64,000 nt of DNA, taken from assembly GCA_021806605.1 (NCBI GenBank), contig JAJZQY010000002.1, positions 26,900 through 90,899 on the forward strand, given 5' to 3'. Positions 1-10,757 of this stretch are shown here, one piece after another; within the stretch, counting starts at the first letter, position 1, and each line of letters opens with the position of its first letter. A model generated the notes under the pieces. It was not told where the DNA came from and searched no databases. It saw only the letters and a list, made by a program, of their open reading frames with translations. The stretch comes from Pseudomonadota bacterium. GTDB lineage: Bacteria > Pseudomonadota > Gammaproteobacteria > Burkholderiales > JABEVD01. Both the position numbers and the translations under genes were made by a program.

Positions 1-415
1 GGATGCTGACAGCGAAGGGCTGCTGGTTCTGACCGACGAAGGGGTCTTGCAGCACAGACTGAGCCACCCCAGAGGGAAAACCGAGAAAACCTACCTGGCT
101 CAGGTAGAGGGCGAACTCGACGAGGCGGCGATCTCTGCGCTTTCTCAAGGGCTTGACCTGGGTGACTTCATCACCAAGCCCGCGAAAGCCAGAACCATCG
201 GAGAGCCGGAATGGTTATGGGAGCGCGATCCCCCTATACGATACCGCAAATCCATTCCCACTTCCTGGCTTGAACTCGTGATTTCGGAAGGGAAAAATAG
301 GCAGGTGAGAAGGATGACCGCCAAGGTCGGGCATCCCACCCTGAGACTGATTCGTTATGCGGTCGGGAACTGGACCCTGGAGGGACTCTTCCCGGGCCAA
401 TATTCAGTCCTCTGA
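1..415 (+). CDS. rluE: 23S rRNA pseudouridine synthase (RluE/RsuA family), 5'-truncated by window edge
   Basis: Frame open from the window start: D-A-D-S-EGLLVLTD, KTYLAQVEG, RDPPIRYRKSIPTSWLEL, EGKNRQVRRMTA. Confidence 0.85.
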   Translation, partial: DADSEGLLVLTDEGVLQHRLSHPRGKTEKTYLAQVEGELDEAAISALSQGLDLGDFITKPAKARTIGEPEWLWERDPPIRYRKSIPTSWLELVISEGKNRQVRRMTAKVGHPTLRLIRYAVGNWTLEGLFPGQYSVL

Positions 416-2227
416 TTTGCTGCTTCTGGAATGACGCTTCCTTTCATTTTCCGTGAGGTAGCGCTTTCTCAGGCGTATCGTTTTCGGCGTAATTTCGACG
501 AGTTCGTCGTCGTCGATGAATTCGATTGCGGATTCCAGCGTCAGCTGGATCGGAGGGGTCAGAGTTACGGCTTCGTCCGTTCCGGAAGCCCTGACGTTGG
601 TGAGTTGCTTGCCCTTGATCGGATTTACCACGAGATCGTTGTCCCGGCTGTGAACGCCGATGATCATGCCCTCGTACAGCCTGTCTCCGGGGACCACGAA
701 CATCCTTCCCCGATCCTGCAATTTCCAGAGGGCATATGCCACGGCTTCTCCCTGCTCGGCCGAAATCAGCACGCCGTTTCTGCGCGATGCAATCTCGCCC
801 TTCGCGGGCGCGTAGTCGTCGAAGACATGGCTCATCATCCCGGTGCCGCGGGTCAGGGTCATGAATTCGGACTGGAACCCGATGAGGCCCCGCGCAGGAA
901 TGCGGTAATCGAGCCGGGTTCTGCCCAGACCGTCTGAGACCATGTCCAGCATTTCGCCGCGACGCGTACCGAGGGCTTCCATGACCGCTCCCTGATTCGC
1001 TTCCTCGACATCCACCGTGAGCGCTTCATAAGGTTCGCACTTTACTCCGTCGATTTCCTTCATCACCACGCGTGGGCGGGAAACGGAAAGCTCGTACCCT
1101 TCGCGGCGCATGGTTTCAAGGAGAATGGTCAAATGGAGTTCGCCGCGTCCCGAAACCAGGAAGCTGTCGGTATCCGATGTGTCTTCGACCCGCAGGGCGA
1201 CGTTGGTGAGAAGTTCCTTGTCCAGCCTTTCCCTGACCTGGCGGCTGGTGACGAATTTGCCTTCCTGTCCTGCGAAGGGCGAGGTGTTGACCTGGAAAGT
1301 CATGGTGAGCGTGGGTTCGTCCACTGCGAGGATAGGTAGCGCCTCTGGCTTGGTCACGTCGCTGATGGTGACGCCGATGCCGATCTCTTCGATGCCGTTG
1401 ACGAGCACGATGTCGCCCGCCTGAGCCTCATCGAGCAAGACCCGGTTGAGCCCTGAAAATCCCAGAACCTGATTGATTTTCCCTTTTTTGGCCGGCTTGT
1501 CGCCGTTCAGAACAACCACTTCCTGCCCCGGCCTGATTCTGCCGCGTGCGATTTTGCCGACACCGATTCTGCCGACAAAGCTCGAATAATCGAGCGCGCT
1601 GATCTGGAGCTGAAGCGGTTCGTCGGGATTACCGGAAGGGGCGGGAACATGTTTCAAAATGGTATCGAACAGCGGACGCATGTCGACGCTTTCGTCGGTG
1701 AGGTCAAGCTTGGCATAACCGTTCAATGCTGAAGCGTAAACGACGGGGAAATCGAGCTGCTCGTCCGTGGCGCCAAGATTTGCGAAGAGATCGAAGGTGT
1801 GATTCACCACCCAGTCCGGTCGTGCGCCCGGGCGGTCGATCTTGTTCACCAGGACGATGGGTTTGAGTCCGAGGGCGAGCGCCTTTTTCGTCACGAAACG
1901 GGTCTGCGGCATCGGGCCGTCTACTGCATCGACCAGGAGCACCACGCCGTCGACCATCGACAGAACGCGCTCGACTTCGCCTCCGAAGTCGGCATGTCCT
2001 GGGGTGTCGACGATGTTGACGTGGGTGCCCATGTAATTGACGGAGGTGTTTTTGGCAAGGATGGTGATCCCGCGCTCCTTCTCGAGATCGTTGCTGTCCA
2101 TGACCCTTTCGGATACGACCTGATGGGAAGAAAAGGTGCCGGCCTGATGCAGCAGCTTGTCCACCAGGGTGGTCTTGCCGTGGTCGACGTGGGCGATAAT
2201 GGCGATGTTTCTCAAAGCGCGCGACAT
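404..2227 (-). CDS. typA: Translational GTPase TypA/BipA
   Basis: [34 protein letters not shown]-terminal [12 protein letters not shown]; ATG at 2227. Confidence 0.97.
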   Translation of the reverse strand: MSRALRNIAIIAHVDHGKTTLVDKLLHQAGTFSSHQVVSERVMDSNDLEKERGITILAKNTSVNYMGTHVNIVDTPGHADFGGEVERVLSMVDGVVLLVDAVDGPMPQTRFVTKKALALGLKPIVLVNKIDRPGARPDWVVNHTFDLFANLGATDEQLDFPVVYASALNGYAKLDLTDESVDMRPLFDTILKHVPAPSGNPDEPLQLQISALDYSSFVGRIGVGKIARGRIRPGQEVVVLNGDKPAKKGKINQVLGFSGLNRVLLDEAQAGDIVLVNGIEEIGIGVTISDVTKPEALPILAVDEPTLTMTFQVNTSPFAGQEGKFVTSRQVRERLDKELLTNVALRVEDTSDTDSFLVSGRGELHLTILLETMRREGYELSVSRPRVVMKEIDGVKCEPYEALTVDVEEANQGAVMEALGTRRGEMLDMVSDGLGRTRLDYRIPARGLIGFQSEFMTLTRGTGMMSHVFDDYAPAKGEIASRRNGVLISAEQGEAVAYALWKLQDRGRMFVVPGDRLYEGMIIGVHSRDNDLVVNPIKGKQLTNVRASGTDEAVTLTPPIQLTLESAIEFIDDDELVEITPKTIRLRKRYLTENERKRHSRSSKSED

Positions 2228-2382
2228 AATCAATTACTCGGTGGATAAAAACGTTGGATTATAACATGCCGGACACTATCAAATTATTTATTATTCGGTT
2301 ATAATTGCTTCGATTTGGTTGTCTTGACTTCCATTTGTTTCATCGTTCCCTGACCTTCCTTTCCAAGCGGAAATTGAAAATT

Positions 2383-2420
2383 GCCGGTTAGCGACGATGT
2401 GGTGCGCTGGCGGCTTTTTT
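2383..2420 (+). terminator. Terminator-like hairpin in the helicase 5' leader
   Basis: GCCG(G)TTAGCG...CGCTGGCGGC followed by TTTTTT, about 60 nt upstream of the likely start codon. Confidence 0.5.
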
Positions 2421-2480
2421 CTGCCCATTCAGGCTTTATCTGCCTGCGCGCGTTTATTTCATCCATTTAGGAAAAAACAC

Positions 2481-3743
2481 GTGTCTTTTGAAAATTTGAA
2501 TCTGAATTCCCTGATCCTTAAAGCGATTGCCGAGACTGGCTATACGACGGCCACCCCGATCCAGGAAAAAGCCATTCCGGAGCTTGTTGCAGGTCACGAC
2601 CTGATGGCTTCTGCCCAGACCGGGACAGGAAAAACGGCTGCATTCATGCTGCCCGCCCTGAACAGGCTGGTCGAGCCGGCCAAGGTCGCCGGAAAAGGTC
2701 CCCGCATTCTCGTTCTGACTCCGACCAGGGAACTTGCTCAGCAGGTGAGCGCTGCCGCCGCGAAATACGGCAAGCACCTGCGTAACGCCAAAGTCGTCAC
2801 GATCCTCGGCGGGATGCCCTATCCGCTCCAGAACAAGCTGCTTTCCCAGCATGTCGATATTCTGGTCGCGACCCCGGGGCGCCTCATCGATCACATCGAG
2901 CGCGGCAGGATAGACTTCTCCCGTCTGGAGATGCTCATTCTGGACGAAGCCGACAGGATGCTCGACATGGGATTCATCGACGACGTCGAAAGAATTGCGG
3001 ATGCGACCCCGAGCGGACGACAGACTGTCCTCTTTTCGGCGACTTTCGAGGGCGGCATTGCCAAGCTCGGCACCGCCCTCCTGCGATCCCCAAAGCTCAT
3101 CCAGATCGCTGCGCAGACGGCAAGGCACGAGAACATTGAGCAGCGCCTGCACTATGTGGACGACATGCACCACAAGAATCGCCTTCTCGATCACATGCTG
3201 CGCGACATCAATGTCAAGCAGGCAATCGTCTTTACTGCGACGAAACGGGATGCGGACCTGCTTGCGGACGATCTTCTGTCCAAGGGATACGAGGCTGCTG
3301 CATTGCACGGCGACATGAGCCAGAGGGAGCGCACCAGGACGCTCACGCGCCTGCGCCAGGGCAGCCTCAAGATACTGGTTGCAACCGATGTGGCGGCGCG
3401 CGGCATCGACGTAGCAGGCATCACCCATGTCATCAATTTCGACTTGCCTAAATTCGCCGAGGATTACGTGCACAGGATAGGACGAACGGGGCGAGCAGGG
3501 GCTTCCGGCATCGCCATTTCCTTCGCATCCGGGCGCGATGCCATGCATGTCAAGAAAATCGAGCGATTTACTGGCCAGAGCATCGCCCCTCATGTGATCG
3601 AGGGGCTTGAGCCCAAATTCAGGAACCGCCCTGTCGTCACCCACAAGAAAGGCTATGCGGGCAGGGGCGGGGAATTCAGGAATGGCGCTCCGCCACGGAG
3701 AAGCTCGGGCGACCGGTTCGCACGCGACCGCGGCAACAGGTAA
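2481..3743 (+). CDS. DEAD-box RNA helicase (RhlE-like)
   Basis: Q motif, AQTGTGKT, PTRELA, DEAD, SAT, HRIGRTGR; GTG start at 2481 after AGGA. Confidence 0.93.
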   Translation: MSFENLNLNSLILKAIAETGYTTATPIQEKAIPELVAGHDLMASAQTGTGKTAAFMLPALNRLVEPAKVAGKGPRILVLTPTRELAQQVSAAAAKYGKHLRNAKVVTILGGMPYPLQNKLLSQHVDILVATPGRLIDHIERGRIDFSRLEMLILDEADRMLDMGFIDDVERIADATPSGRQTVLFSATFEGGIAKLGTALLRSPKLIQIAAQTARHENIEQRLHYVDDMHHKNRLLDHMLRDINVKQAIVFTATKRDADLLADDLLSKGYEAAALHGDMSQRERTRTLTRLRQGSLKILVATDVAARGIDVAGITHVINFDLPKFAEDYVHRIGRTGRAGASGIAISFASGRDAMHVKKIERFTGQSIAPHVIEGLEPKFRNRPVVTHKKGYAGRGGEFRNGAPPRRSSGDRFARDRGNR

Positions 3744-3747
3744 TCCG

Positions 3748-3773
3748 AAAACGGCCCCAGGGCCGTTTTTTTT
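3748..3773 (+). terminator. Rho-independent terminator
   Basis: AAAACGGCCC-CA-GGGCCGTTTTTTTT directly after the helicase stop. Confidence 0.8.
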
Positions 3774-3792
3774 CGCCCTATAATAGCGTTCT

Positions 3793-5592
3793 ATGACTCA
3801 CACCACGGACCATCTCATCAGGCCGGAGCAGGCGGTGACCTTGCACGGGCTTTTCCTCGAACGCGCGCGAATCTCGCCGGAAGCCGTGGCTTACCGCTAT
3901 TTCAATGGCGGCTCCTGGCAGGACATGACCTGGATGGCCGCGAAGAAGGAAGTGGCGCGATGGCAGAAAGCACTGATTGCAGAAGGATTATCGCCAGGCG
4001 ACCGGGTAGGCCTCATGCTCAGGAATTGCCCGGAATGGGTGGTATTCGACCAGGCAGCATTGTCTCTTGGGCTTGTCGTCGTGCCGCTCTACACTGTGGA
4101 CAGGCCGGACAATATCGCCTATATCGCGAACGATGCGGAAATCAGGGTACTGCTTTTCGAAACCGAAATTCAATGGAATGCCCTGAAAAGCGTGAAGGCG
4201 CAGTTGCATAACGTGAAGCGTTTCATAAGCCTTTCCGAAATTCAGGATTCCGGCGAGCAAAGGCTGGCTTGTTCCAATGACTGGCTCCCGGAAAACGCGG
4301 AGTTGCAGGAAGGGTTCTGCAAGGATCGCGATGCACTTGCCACCATCATCTATACTTCCGGCACCACGGGCTCCCCGAAGGGGGTCATGCTTTCCCACCA
4401 CAATATCGTCTACAACGCCTATGCGGGGCTGCTCGCCTTTCCCATAGGGCAGGGGGATGTCATGCTTTCCTTTTTGCCGCTTTCGCATTCCTTCGAGCGG
4501 ACGGTGGGTTATTACATCAGCATCATGGCTGGATCCACCATCGCTTTTTCGCGATCCATCCAGTTTCTTCTGGACGACATGGGGGTGATTCGCCCCACCA
4601 TTCTGGTATCCGTCCCAAGGATATACGAACGCATCTACAATTCGGTCCAGGTGGCGCTCGAAAAGGGGACTGCGCTTTCCCGTTGGCTGTTTCAACTCAC
4701 CGAAAAAATCGGATGGGGCATTTTCGAGTACCGGCAGGGCAGGGCGGGTTGGCAAGTTTCCTTTCTGCTCTGGCCGGCACTCAGGCGCCTCGTTGCCGAC
4801 AAGGTGATGCTGCGCTTCGGAGGCAGGCTGCGCCTTTCGATCAGCGGCGGAGCGCCCCTTCCGCCTGAAATATCGAAGCTGTTCGTATCCCTGGGGCTGC
4901 CGCTCCTCCAGGGCTACGGGCTCACTGAAACGAGCCCCATCGTCAGCGCCAACAGGATGAACAACAATTTTCCGGCAAGCGCGGGACTGCCGCTCCACGG
5001 CATAGAGGTCAAAATTGGGGAAAGCGATGCGCTGCTCGTCAGGAGTCCCTGCAACATGCTCGGGTACTGGAAAAACAGGGAAGCGACGGACGCCATGATC
5101 TCCCAGGATGGATGGCTGAATACCGGGGATACGGCAAGAATATCCGACACCGGACATATCTACATTACCGGGCGCATCAAGGAGATCATCGTCATGTCCA
5201 ACGGCGAGAAAGTGCCGCCTGCGGACATGCAGCATGCCATTCTGCGGGACCGCCTGTTTGACCAGGTGATGGTATGGGGGGAAGGCAAGCCGGGCCTCGT
5301 CGCCCTTGCCGTCATGAACCCGGAAGTCTGGACGAAACTTGCCGGTGAAATCGGGATCGATCCGGATGCCACTCAGTCTTTGAAGGACAGGCGCGCCGAG
5401 AAGAAGGTTCTGGAGCGCATCGCATTTCAGGTCAGGGAGTTTCCGGGCTATGCCAGGATTTCGAGGGTTCTGCTGCTGCTCGAGCCCTGGAGCATCGAGA
5501 ACGGTCTGCTGACCCCGACGCTCAAACTGAAACGCGGCAAGGTCTTCGACAGATATTCGAAAGAGATTGAAGAGTTCTATTCAAGATATTGA
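3793..5592 (+). CDS. Long-chain fatty-acid-CoA ligase (AMP-binding, FAA1/FadD15-like)
   Basis: YTSGTTGSPKG, GYGLTET, GWLNTGD, LTPTLKLKR. Confidence 0.9.
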   Translation: MTHTTDHLIRPEQAVTLHGLFLERARISPEAVAYRYFNGGSWQDMTWMAAKKEVARWQKALIAEGLSPGDRVGLMLRNCPEWVVFDQAALSLGLVVVPLYTVDRPDNIAYIANDAEIRVLLFETEIQWNALKSVKAQLHNVKRFISLSEIQDSGEQRLACSNDWLPENAELQEGFCKDRDALATIIYTSGTTGSPKGVMLSHHNIVYNAYAGLLAFPIGQGDVMLSFLPLSHSFERTVGYYISIMAGSTIAFSRSIQFLLDDMGVIRPTILVSVPRIYERIYNSVQVALEKGTALSRWLFQLTEKIGWGIFEYRQGRAGWQVSFLLWPALRRLVADKVMLRFGGRLRLSISGGAPLPPEISKLFVSLGLPLLQGYGLTETSPIVSANRMNNNFPASAGLPLHGIEVKIGESDALLVRSPCNMLGYWKNREATDAMISQDGWLNTGDTARISDTGHIYITGRIKEIIVMSNGEKVPPADMQHAILRDRLFDQVMVWGEGKPGLVALAVMNPEVWTKLAGEIGIDPDATQSLKDRRAEKKVLERIAFQVREFPGYARISRVLLLLEPWSIENGLLTPTLKLKRGKVFDRYSKEIEEFYSRY

Positions 5593-5637
5593 TAATAAAT
5601 ATATATATAAAATAAAAATCTCGCGCTTGATTTATGT

Positions 5638-5653
5638 CGTGATTTTTATCACA
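5638..5653. promoter_or_regulatory. CRP/FNR-family-like operator upstream of surE
   Basis: CGTGA-TTTTTA-TCACA vs consensus TGTGA-N6-TCACA, in an AT-rich spacer. Confidence 0.4.
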
Positions 5654-5714
5654 ATCTTTCAGTCATCAACGGTCATTTCATGCAGATTCCTCCCTTTTTC
5701 TTCCCTAATATGCC

Positions 5715-6455
5715 ATGCGCATCCTGATCAGCAACGACGACGGCTATTTTTCTCCAGGGCTGGCCTGTCTCGCGGAGACGCTCTCCAAAATCGCGCAGAT
5801 TACCGTAGTGGCGCCGGAGCGGGACAGGAGCGGGGCGAGCAATTCGCTCACTCTTGACCGGCCGCTCAACCTCAAGCGCGCTCACAATGGCTTCTATTAC
5901 GTCAACGGTACGCCAACCGATTGCGTGCATCTCGCTGTCACCGGGATGCTGGATGAATTGCCTGACATGGTGGTTTCCGGGATCAATCACGGCGCCAACA
6001 TGGGGGACGACACCATCTATTCCGGGACAGTCGCTGCGGCAACCGAGGGATTCCTGCTGGGTATTCCTGCCATTGCGGTATCCCTTGTGAGAACCGAGAG
6101 CGGGAATTTTCAGACTGCCGCTCGCATCGTTCTGGAAATGGTGCAGCGCTACGGTGAAAAGACGATGGAGCAGCCCATGCTTCTGAACGTCAACGTCCCG
6201 GATTTGCCCTATGAGGCATTGAACGGCATCAAGGTGACGCGCCTCGGTAAAAGACACAAGGCGGAGCCTGTGGTGAAAACCAAAAATCCGCGCGGAGAAA
6301 CGGTTTATTGGGTTGGGGCGGCCGGGGCGGCCCAGGACATTGCGGAAGATACCGATTTCTATGCCGTTTCCCACAACCAGGTTTCAGTTACTCCCTTGCA
6401 GATCGATCTGACTCATTTCAACCAAATGGATGCATTGAGAAAATGGCTGATCTGA
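5715..6455 (+). CDS. surE: 5'/3'-nucleotidase SurE
   Basis: [44 protein letters not shown]. Confidence 0.97.
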   Translation: MRILISNDDGYFSPGLACLAETLSKIAQITVVAPERDRSGASNSLTLDRPLNLKRAHNGFYYVNGTPTDCVHLAVTGMLDELPDMVVSGINHGANMGDDTIYSGTVAAATEGFLLGIPAIAVSLVRTESGNFQTAARIVLEMVQRYGEKTMEQPMLLNVNVPDLPYEALNGIKVTRLGKRHKAEPVVKTKNPRGETVYWVGAAGAAQDIAEDTDFYAVSHNQVSVTPLQIDLTHFNQMDALRKWLI

Positions 6456-7108
6456 TCAAAAGGCACAATGGCATAGGCATGACCTCCCAGCGCACACGGG
6501 CGCGCATGGTCGAACGCTTGCGCGAACAGGGCATCCGGGATGAGGCTGTGCTGCTTGCGATGAATTCCGTTCCCAGGCATATCTTCGTCGACGAAGCCCT
6601 TGCAAGCCGCGCCTACGATGATGTTTCGCTCCCCATAGGATTCGGGCAAACCATTTCCAATCCGAAAATCGTCGCGCGTATGCTCGAATTGCTCAATCAG
6701 CAAGGCGAACTGCGGCATGTTCTGGAAGTGGGAACGGGTTGCGGCTACCAGGCTGCAGTCCTTTCGAAGATTGCGCGGGAAGTCCATTCGGTCGAGCGCA
6801 TTGCGCCGTTGCTCGCGAAAGCCCGCGCTTCGCTCAAGGAACTGCGCATCCACAACGTCAAGCTACGTCACGCAGACGGCAATTTGGGTTTCAGGGAAGG
6901 CGCACCGTTCGATGGCATCGTCATGGCGGCAGCGGCGACCCAGGTTCCGAAAGCATTGCTGGAACAGCTTGCCGTTGGTGGTAAAATGGTTTTGCCTCTG
7001 GGGGGGCAGGAGCAGCAATTGTGCGTCATCGAGCGCGACGAGCGCGGCTATGTCGAGACGATCATGGATGCGGTGAAATTCGTGCCGCTTGTTCCCGGCA
7101 TAAACTGA
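6443..7108 (+). CDS. pcm: Protein-L-isoaspartate O-methyltransferase
   Basis: [28 protein letters not shown]; follows surE; start uncertain (6443 or 6479). Confidence 0.93.
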   Translation: MADLIKRHNGIGMTSQRTRARMVERLREQGIRDEAVLLAMNSVPRHIFVDEALASRAYDDVSLPIGFGQTISNPKIVARMLELLNQQGELRHVLEVGTGCGYQAAVLSKIAREVHSVERIAPLLAKARASLKELRIHNVKLRHADGNLGFREGAPFDGIVMAAAATQVPKALLEQLAVGGKMVLPLGGQEQQLCVIERDERGYVETIMDAVKFVPLVPGIN

Positions 7109-7120
7109 GGATCAAAAACG

Positions 7121-8023
7121 ATGAAATGGCTTTGTCTTGTTCTGCTGTTTCTGGCAGGCTGTTCCACGGTGCCCAACAGGGCGCCGGTCGTTCACAAGTA
7201 TCCGACTGCTCCACGCTTGTCCCAAGTGCAGGCTGGAAAGGATTGGCGACCGCAAGTCTATATCGTGAAAAAAGGGGATACCCTGTTCGGAATCGCCCTT
7301 GAGTTCGGCATGGATTACAGGGAAATCGCCAACTGGAACAACATCAACGACATCAACAAAATCACTGTAGGCCGTGAACTCAGGCTGACTCCGCCACAGA
7401 ATGTGGCCGTGACGAAGCCGCTTGCCGGCATGACGATTCCACAGCAGTCTGGCGCGCCTGTTTCGGCACAGGCCATGGCTCCGTCGGCAGATCAGAATAT
7501 GTTGAAAACCCAGCCTGTGGGGGTCGAATTGCCCTATTCAGACAAGGCGCTGCAGCAACTCCAGCCCACTGCGCCGCAGCCCGTTCAGAAGACTGAAGAA
7601 CCCGCTGCCCAGCCGGTTGCAGCGGCGGGTGCCCTGGATTGGGGGTGGCCTACGAACGGCAAGGTCGTGGCAGGGTTCAGCGAAAACGCCAACCTCAAGG
7701 GAGTGGATATTGCAGGGAAGATGGGGCAGCCGATACTGGCAAGCGCACCTGGGAAAGTGGTCTATACTGGAAGCGGTTTGCGAGGCTACGGGAAGCTCAT
7801 CATCATCAAGCACGACAAGACCTATCTCAGCGCCTATGCTCACAACAGCAAGATTCTGGTGAAGGAGGGGCAGATGGTCAAGAAGGGGGAGCAAATCGGG
7901 GAAATGGGGGACAGCGACGCGAATCAGGTCATGCTTCATTTCGAAATCAGGCGATTTGGAAAGCCTGTCGATCCCATGAATTACTTGAAATCCGGTCCCT
8001 ATGATCAAGGTGCTCATCGTTGA
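7121..8023 (+). CDS. nlpD: Lipoprotein NlpD (LysM + M23 domain)
   Basis: Lipobox LAGC, LysM VKKGDTLFGIA, M23 region GYGKLIIIKH, AYAHN, LHFEIR. Confidence 0.92.
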   Translation: MKWLCLVLLFLAGCSTVPNRAPVVHKYPTAPRLSQVQAGKDWRPQVYIVKKGDTLFGIALEFGMDYREIANWNNINDINKITVGRELRLTPPQNVAVTKPLAGMTIPQQSGAPVSAQAMAPSADQNMLKTQPVGVELPYSDKALQQLQPTAPQPVQKTEEPAAQPVAAAGALDWGWPTNGKVVAGFSENANLKGVDIAGKMGQPILASAPGKVVYTGSGLRGYGKLIIIKHDKTYLSAYAHNSKILVKEGQMVKKGEQIGEMGDSDANQVMLHFEIRRFGKPVDPMNYLKSGPYDQGAHR

Positions 8024-8633
8024 TGATCATGCCATAGTCAGGCAGGGTCTGAAAAGAATCCTGGCCGAAACACCCGACATGACCGTGGCCGGGGAGGCCG
8101 AAAACGGCGTCGAGGCTCTGAAGAAGACCAGGGAAGGGGAGTGGGATGTCATCCTGCTCGACGTTTCCATGCCTGGGAGAAATGGCGTGGATACCTTGAA
8201 ACAGATCATGCGCGAAAACAGGGGGGGAAAGGTGCTGATCTTGAGCATGTATCCCGAGGACCAGTACGCGGTCCGCCTTCTCAAAGCCGGCGCTGCCGGC
8301 TACATGACGAAGGAAACTGCCCCCGGAGAACTGGTGGAAGCGATACGCAAGGTTGCACAGGGAAGGAAATATATCAGCCCGGCGCTTGCCGAACGGCTGT
8401 TGCTCGAACTCGATATCGACGCTGAGAAGCAGCCGCACGAGAGACTGAGCGATCGGGAATACCAGGTTTTCAGAATGCTGGGGTCGGGCAGAACGGCGTC
8501 GGAAATTGCTTCTCTGATGTCCCTCAGCGTCAAAACCATCAGCACGCACCGCACCCATATACTGGAAAAGATGAAGCTGAAAAACAACGCGGAATTGACT
8601 CTGTACGCAATTCAGAACGGATTGCTGGACTAG
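8001..8633 (+). CDS. NarL/UvrY-family response regulator (REC + LuxR HTH)
   Basis: IVDDH, LLDVSMPG, GYMTK, LSDREYQV...KTISTHR; no cognate kinase in the window. Confidence 0.9.
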   Translation: MIKVLIVDDHAIVRQGLKRILAETPDMTVAGEAENGVEALKKTREGEWDVILLDVSMPGRNGVDTLKQIMRENRGGKVLILSMYPEDQYAVRLLKAGAAGYMTKETAPGELVEAIRKVAQGRKYISPALAERLLLELDIDAEKQPHERLSDREYQVFRMLGSGRTASEIASLMSLSVKTISTHRTHILEKMKLKNNAELTLYAIQNGLLD

Positions 8634-8740
8634 GGCCCGTTAACACTTGCCCGATGGGTGCGAACGTGATGAATCAGGTGACAGGGCAAGGCCGGAGCGG
8701 CGCGGTTTGGTTATTCCAAACGAGCCGCGAGGAACGCGGC
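8632..8740. mobile_element. Truncated MITE/ERIC/Correia-like element
   Basis: Begins at the CTAG stop with GGGCCCGTTAACA; GCAAGGC...GAACGC arms around a GTTTGG-TTATT-CCAAAC hairpin; no right terminal repeat seen. Confidence 0.5.
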
Positions 8741-8745
8741 AATAT

Positions 8746-9189
8746 TCATTTCGAGCGCATCAGGCGCTGCCTCTCCCTTTCCCAGTCTTTTTCCTTTTCG
8801 GCTTCCCGCTTGTCGTATTGCTTTTTGCCTTTCGCTAGGCCGATCTCCAGCTTGATCCTGCCGCTCTTGTAATGCATGTCGAGCGGGACCAAGGTATAAC
8901 CTGCGCGCTCGACCTTGCCGATCAGCTTGTTGATTTCTTCGGCATGAAGGAGCAGCTTGCGGGTTCTCAGCGGGTCAGGATGGATATGCGTTGAGGCGGT
9001 GGTTAGCGGGCTGATATGGCAACCTATGATGTAGATCTCTTTTCCGCGGATCACCACATAGGCCTCTTTCAAATTGGCCCTGCCGGCGCGAATCGATTTG
9101 ACTTCCCATCCTTCCAGGACGATGCCCGCTTCATATCGTTCCTCGATGAAGTAATCGTGGAAGGCTTTTTTGTTCTGGGCAATGCTCAT
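8746..9189 (-). CDS. smpB: SsrA-binding protein
   Basis: [40 protein letters not shown]. Confidence 0.97.
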   Translation of the reverse strand: MSIAQNKKAFHDYFIEERYEAGIVLEGWEVKSIRAGRANLKEAYVVIRGKEIYIIGCHISPLTTASTHIHPDPLRTRKLLLHAEEINKLIGKVERAGYTLVPLDMHYKSGRIKLEIGLAKGKKQYDKREAEKEKDWERERQRLMRSK

Positions 9190-9237
9190 GAATCGCGGGA
9201 AAATGGGATAAAATGCCATTTTACCAGCAATTGACCC

Positions 9238-9672
9238 ATGGCTTTAGTCGAAAAAACGGTACTGGTTCATCATTCCGCCGAGCAGATGTTTTCCCTGGTG
9301 GACAACATAGAGGATTATCCTTCTTTCCTGCCGTGGTGCGGTGGCGCTTCGGTTGATCTTAAAGAGGAGGAGGGCTTGGTGCATGCCACTGTCATGATCG
9401 ATTTTCATCATGTCAGGAAATCCTTCACCACGGAAAACAGACGGCAGGCGCCCCATCTCATCGAAATGAAGCTGGTGGACGGTCCCTTTGAAATACTGGA
9501 TGGCAGCTGGCGTTTCATCGCTTACGGCGATGAGGCCTGTAAGATCGAATTCCGGCTGCATTATGAGTTTTCGAACAAGCTGCTCGAAACGCTGGTAGGG
9601 CCAATTTTCAACCTGATCGCGAACAGCTTCGTCGATGCATTCGCCAAAAGAGCAGAGAAGGTATACAAATGA
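9238..9672 (+). CDS. ratA: RatA/PasT (Coq10-like START domain)
   Basis: [34 protein letters not shown]; divergent from smpB. Confidence 0.92.
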   Translation: MALVEKTVLVHHSAEQMFSLVDNIEDYPSFLPWCGGASVDLKEEEGLVHATVMIDFHHVRKSFTTENRRQAPHLIEMKLVDGPFEILDGSWRFIAYGDEACKIEFRLHYEFSNKLLETLVGPIFNLIANSFVDAFAKRAEKVYK

Positions 9673-9986
9673 CAGAAGAAATCGAAGTGGAAGTCGTCTA
9701 TGCACTGCCAGAAGTGCAGACGCTGCTCAAATTGAAGGTTCCCTGCGGGACGACCGCAATGCAGGCTGTTGAGCGTTCGGGGGTCATGGGGCAATATCCG
9801 GAAATCGATCTGGAAAAGAACAAGATCGGCATTTTCGGAAAATTGGTGAAGGGTGACACTGGATTGCGCCAGAACGATAGGGTGGAAATTTACAGGGCGC
9901 TCATCGCCGACCCGAAGGAAGTCAGAAGAAAGCGTGCTGAAGAAGGGAAAGCGATGAAAAAAGGCGGGGGCGATCTGCCTACTTGA
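9669..9986 (+). CDS. rnfH: RnfH/RatB (PasI) ubiquitin-like protein
   Basis: VEVVYALP, GIFGK, DRVEIYRALIADPKEVRRKRA. Confidence 0.9.
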   Translation: MTEEIEVEVVYALPEVQTLLKLKVPCGTTAMQAVERSGVMGQYPEIDLEKNKIGIFGKLVKGDTGLRQNDRVEIYRALIADPKEVRRKRAEEGKAMKKGGGDLPT

Positions 9987-10650
9987 ATGGGTCGCGCTTG
10001 CGTCCTTTTTTCAGGTATTCGGCGCGATCCTTCCGCTTTCCCGCATAAAGCAGAATGGCCACCAATGCAACTATTCCCAGAATAATCATCAGGTAATACC
10101 CTACGTCTTCAATGGAAAAGGGCTTTATCATGACGGTATGCAGGGGGGGAGTGATGTCGTCGAGCTTTGACTCGGCAATTTTCTCCGAAATCGCATCGAT
10201 TCCTTCGGACAGCGCCTGGACCATCAATCCTTTTCTCAGGAGCGGGTTGACCTTGGCGCTCAGGATGGATTTTGCTTCCGGTTCGGTAAGCGCGTCCTGA
10301 AGTCCTTCGCCGATCACGAAATGCGCTTTCTTGTCGCCCGCGGAAGCGATGAAAAGTATATGCTTGTCCACTGCATTTTCTTCTGGATACCAGGCATTTT
10401 CGACCCGATCCGCATATTGCTGGACTGACTCCTTGCCAAGCAAAGGCACTACCACGATTTCGACGTTTGCGCCCGTGGAAAATTCCAGGCTTTTCAACTT
10501 TTCATCCAGCGCGTTGACTTGGGTTGCATTAAGAAGCCCGGCCAGGTCGGTGATGCGATTTCCTTCGGGAGGAACGTCAATTTCTGCAGATGCTATGCCT
10601 GTGCAAAGCAGCATGGCAATACCCAGCAATGGCCCGATTAGTTTTTTCAT
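9979..10650 (-). CDS. TPM-domain membrane protein (YgcG-like)
   Basis: Signal peptide, ITDLAGLL...LDEKL, GEGLQDALT, C-terminal TM helix. Confidence 0.75.
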   Translation of the reverse strand: MKKLIGPLLGIAMLLCTGIASAEIDVPPEGNRITDLAGLLNATQVNALDEKLKSLEFSTGANVEIVVVPLLGKESVQQYADRVENAWYPEENAVDKHILFIASAGDKKAHFVIGEGLQDALTEPEAKSILSAKVNPLLRKGLMVQALSEGIDAISEKIAESKLDDITPPLHTVMIKPFSIEDVGYYLMIILGIVALVAILLYAGKRKDRAEYLKKGRKRDPFK

Positions 10651-10757
10651 GTTTAGATGCCCGCCTGAGGTGATCGCATTGGATGCGATTATAACGCCGA
10701 TGGAGGGGGGGCTGTCATGAAACCATTTTTATTTTTTCCGGTTTTCCATACAGATCA

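Noticed and set aside
8634-8745. Possible tmRNA downstream of smpB
   Set aside because: Too short; no tRNA-like ends or tag peptide
9238-9986. ratA-ratB as a toxin-antitoxin or defence system
   Set aside because: Conserved housekeeping pair beside smpB; RatA is Coq10-like
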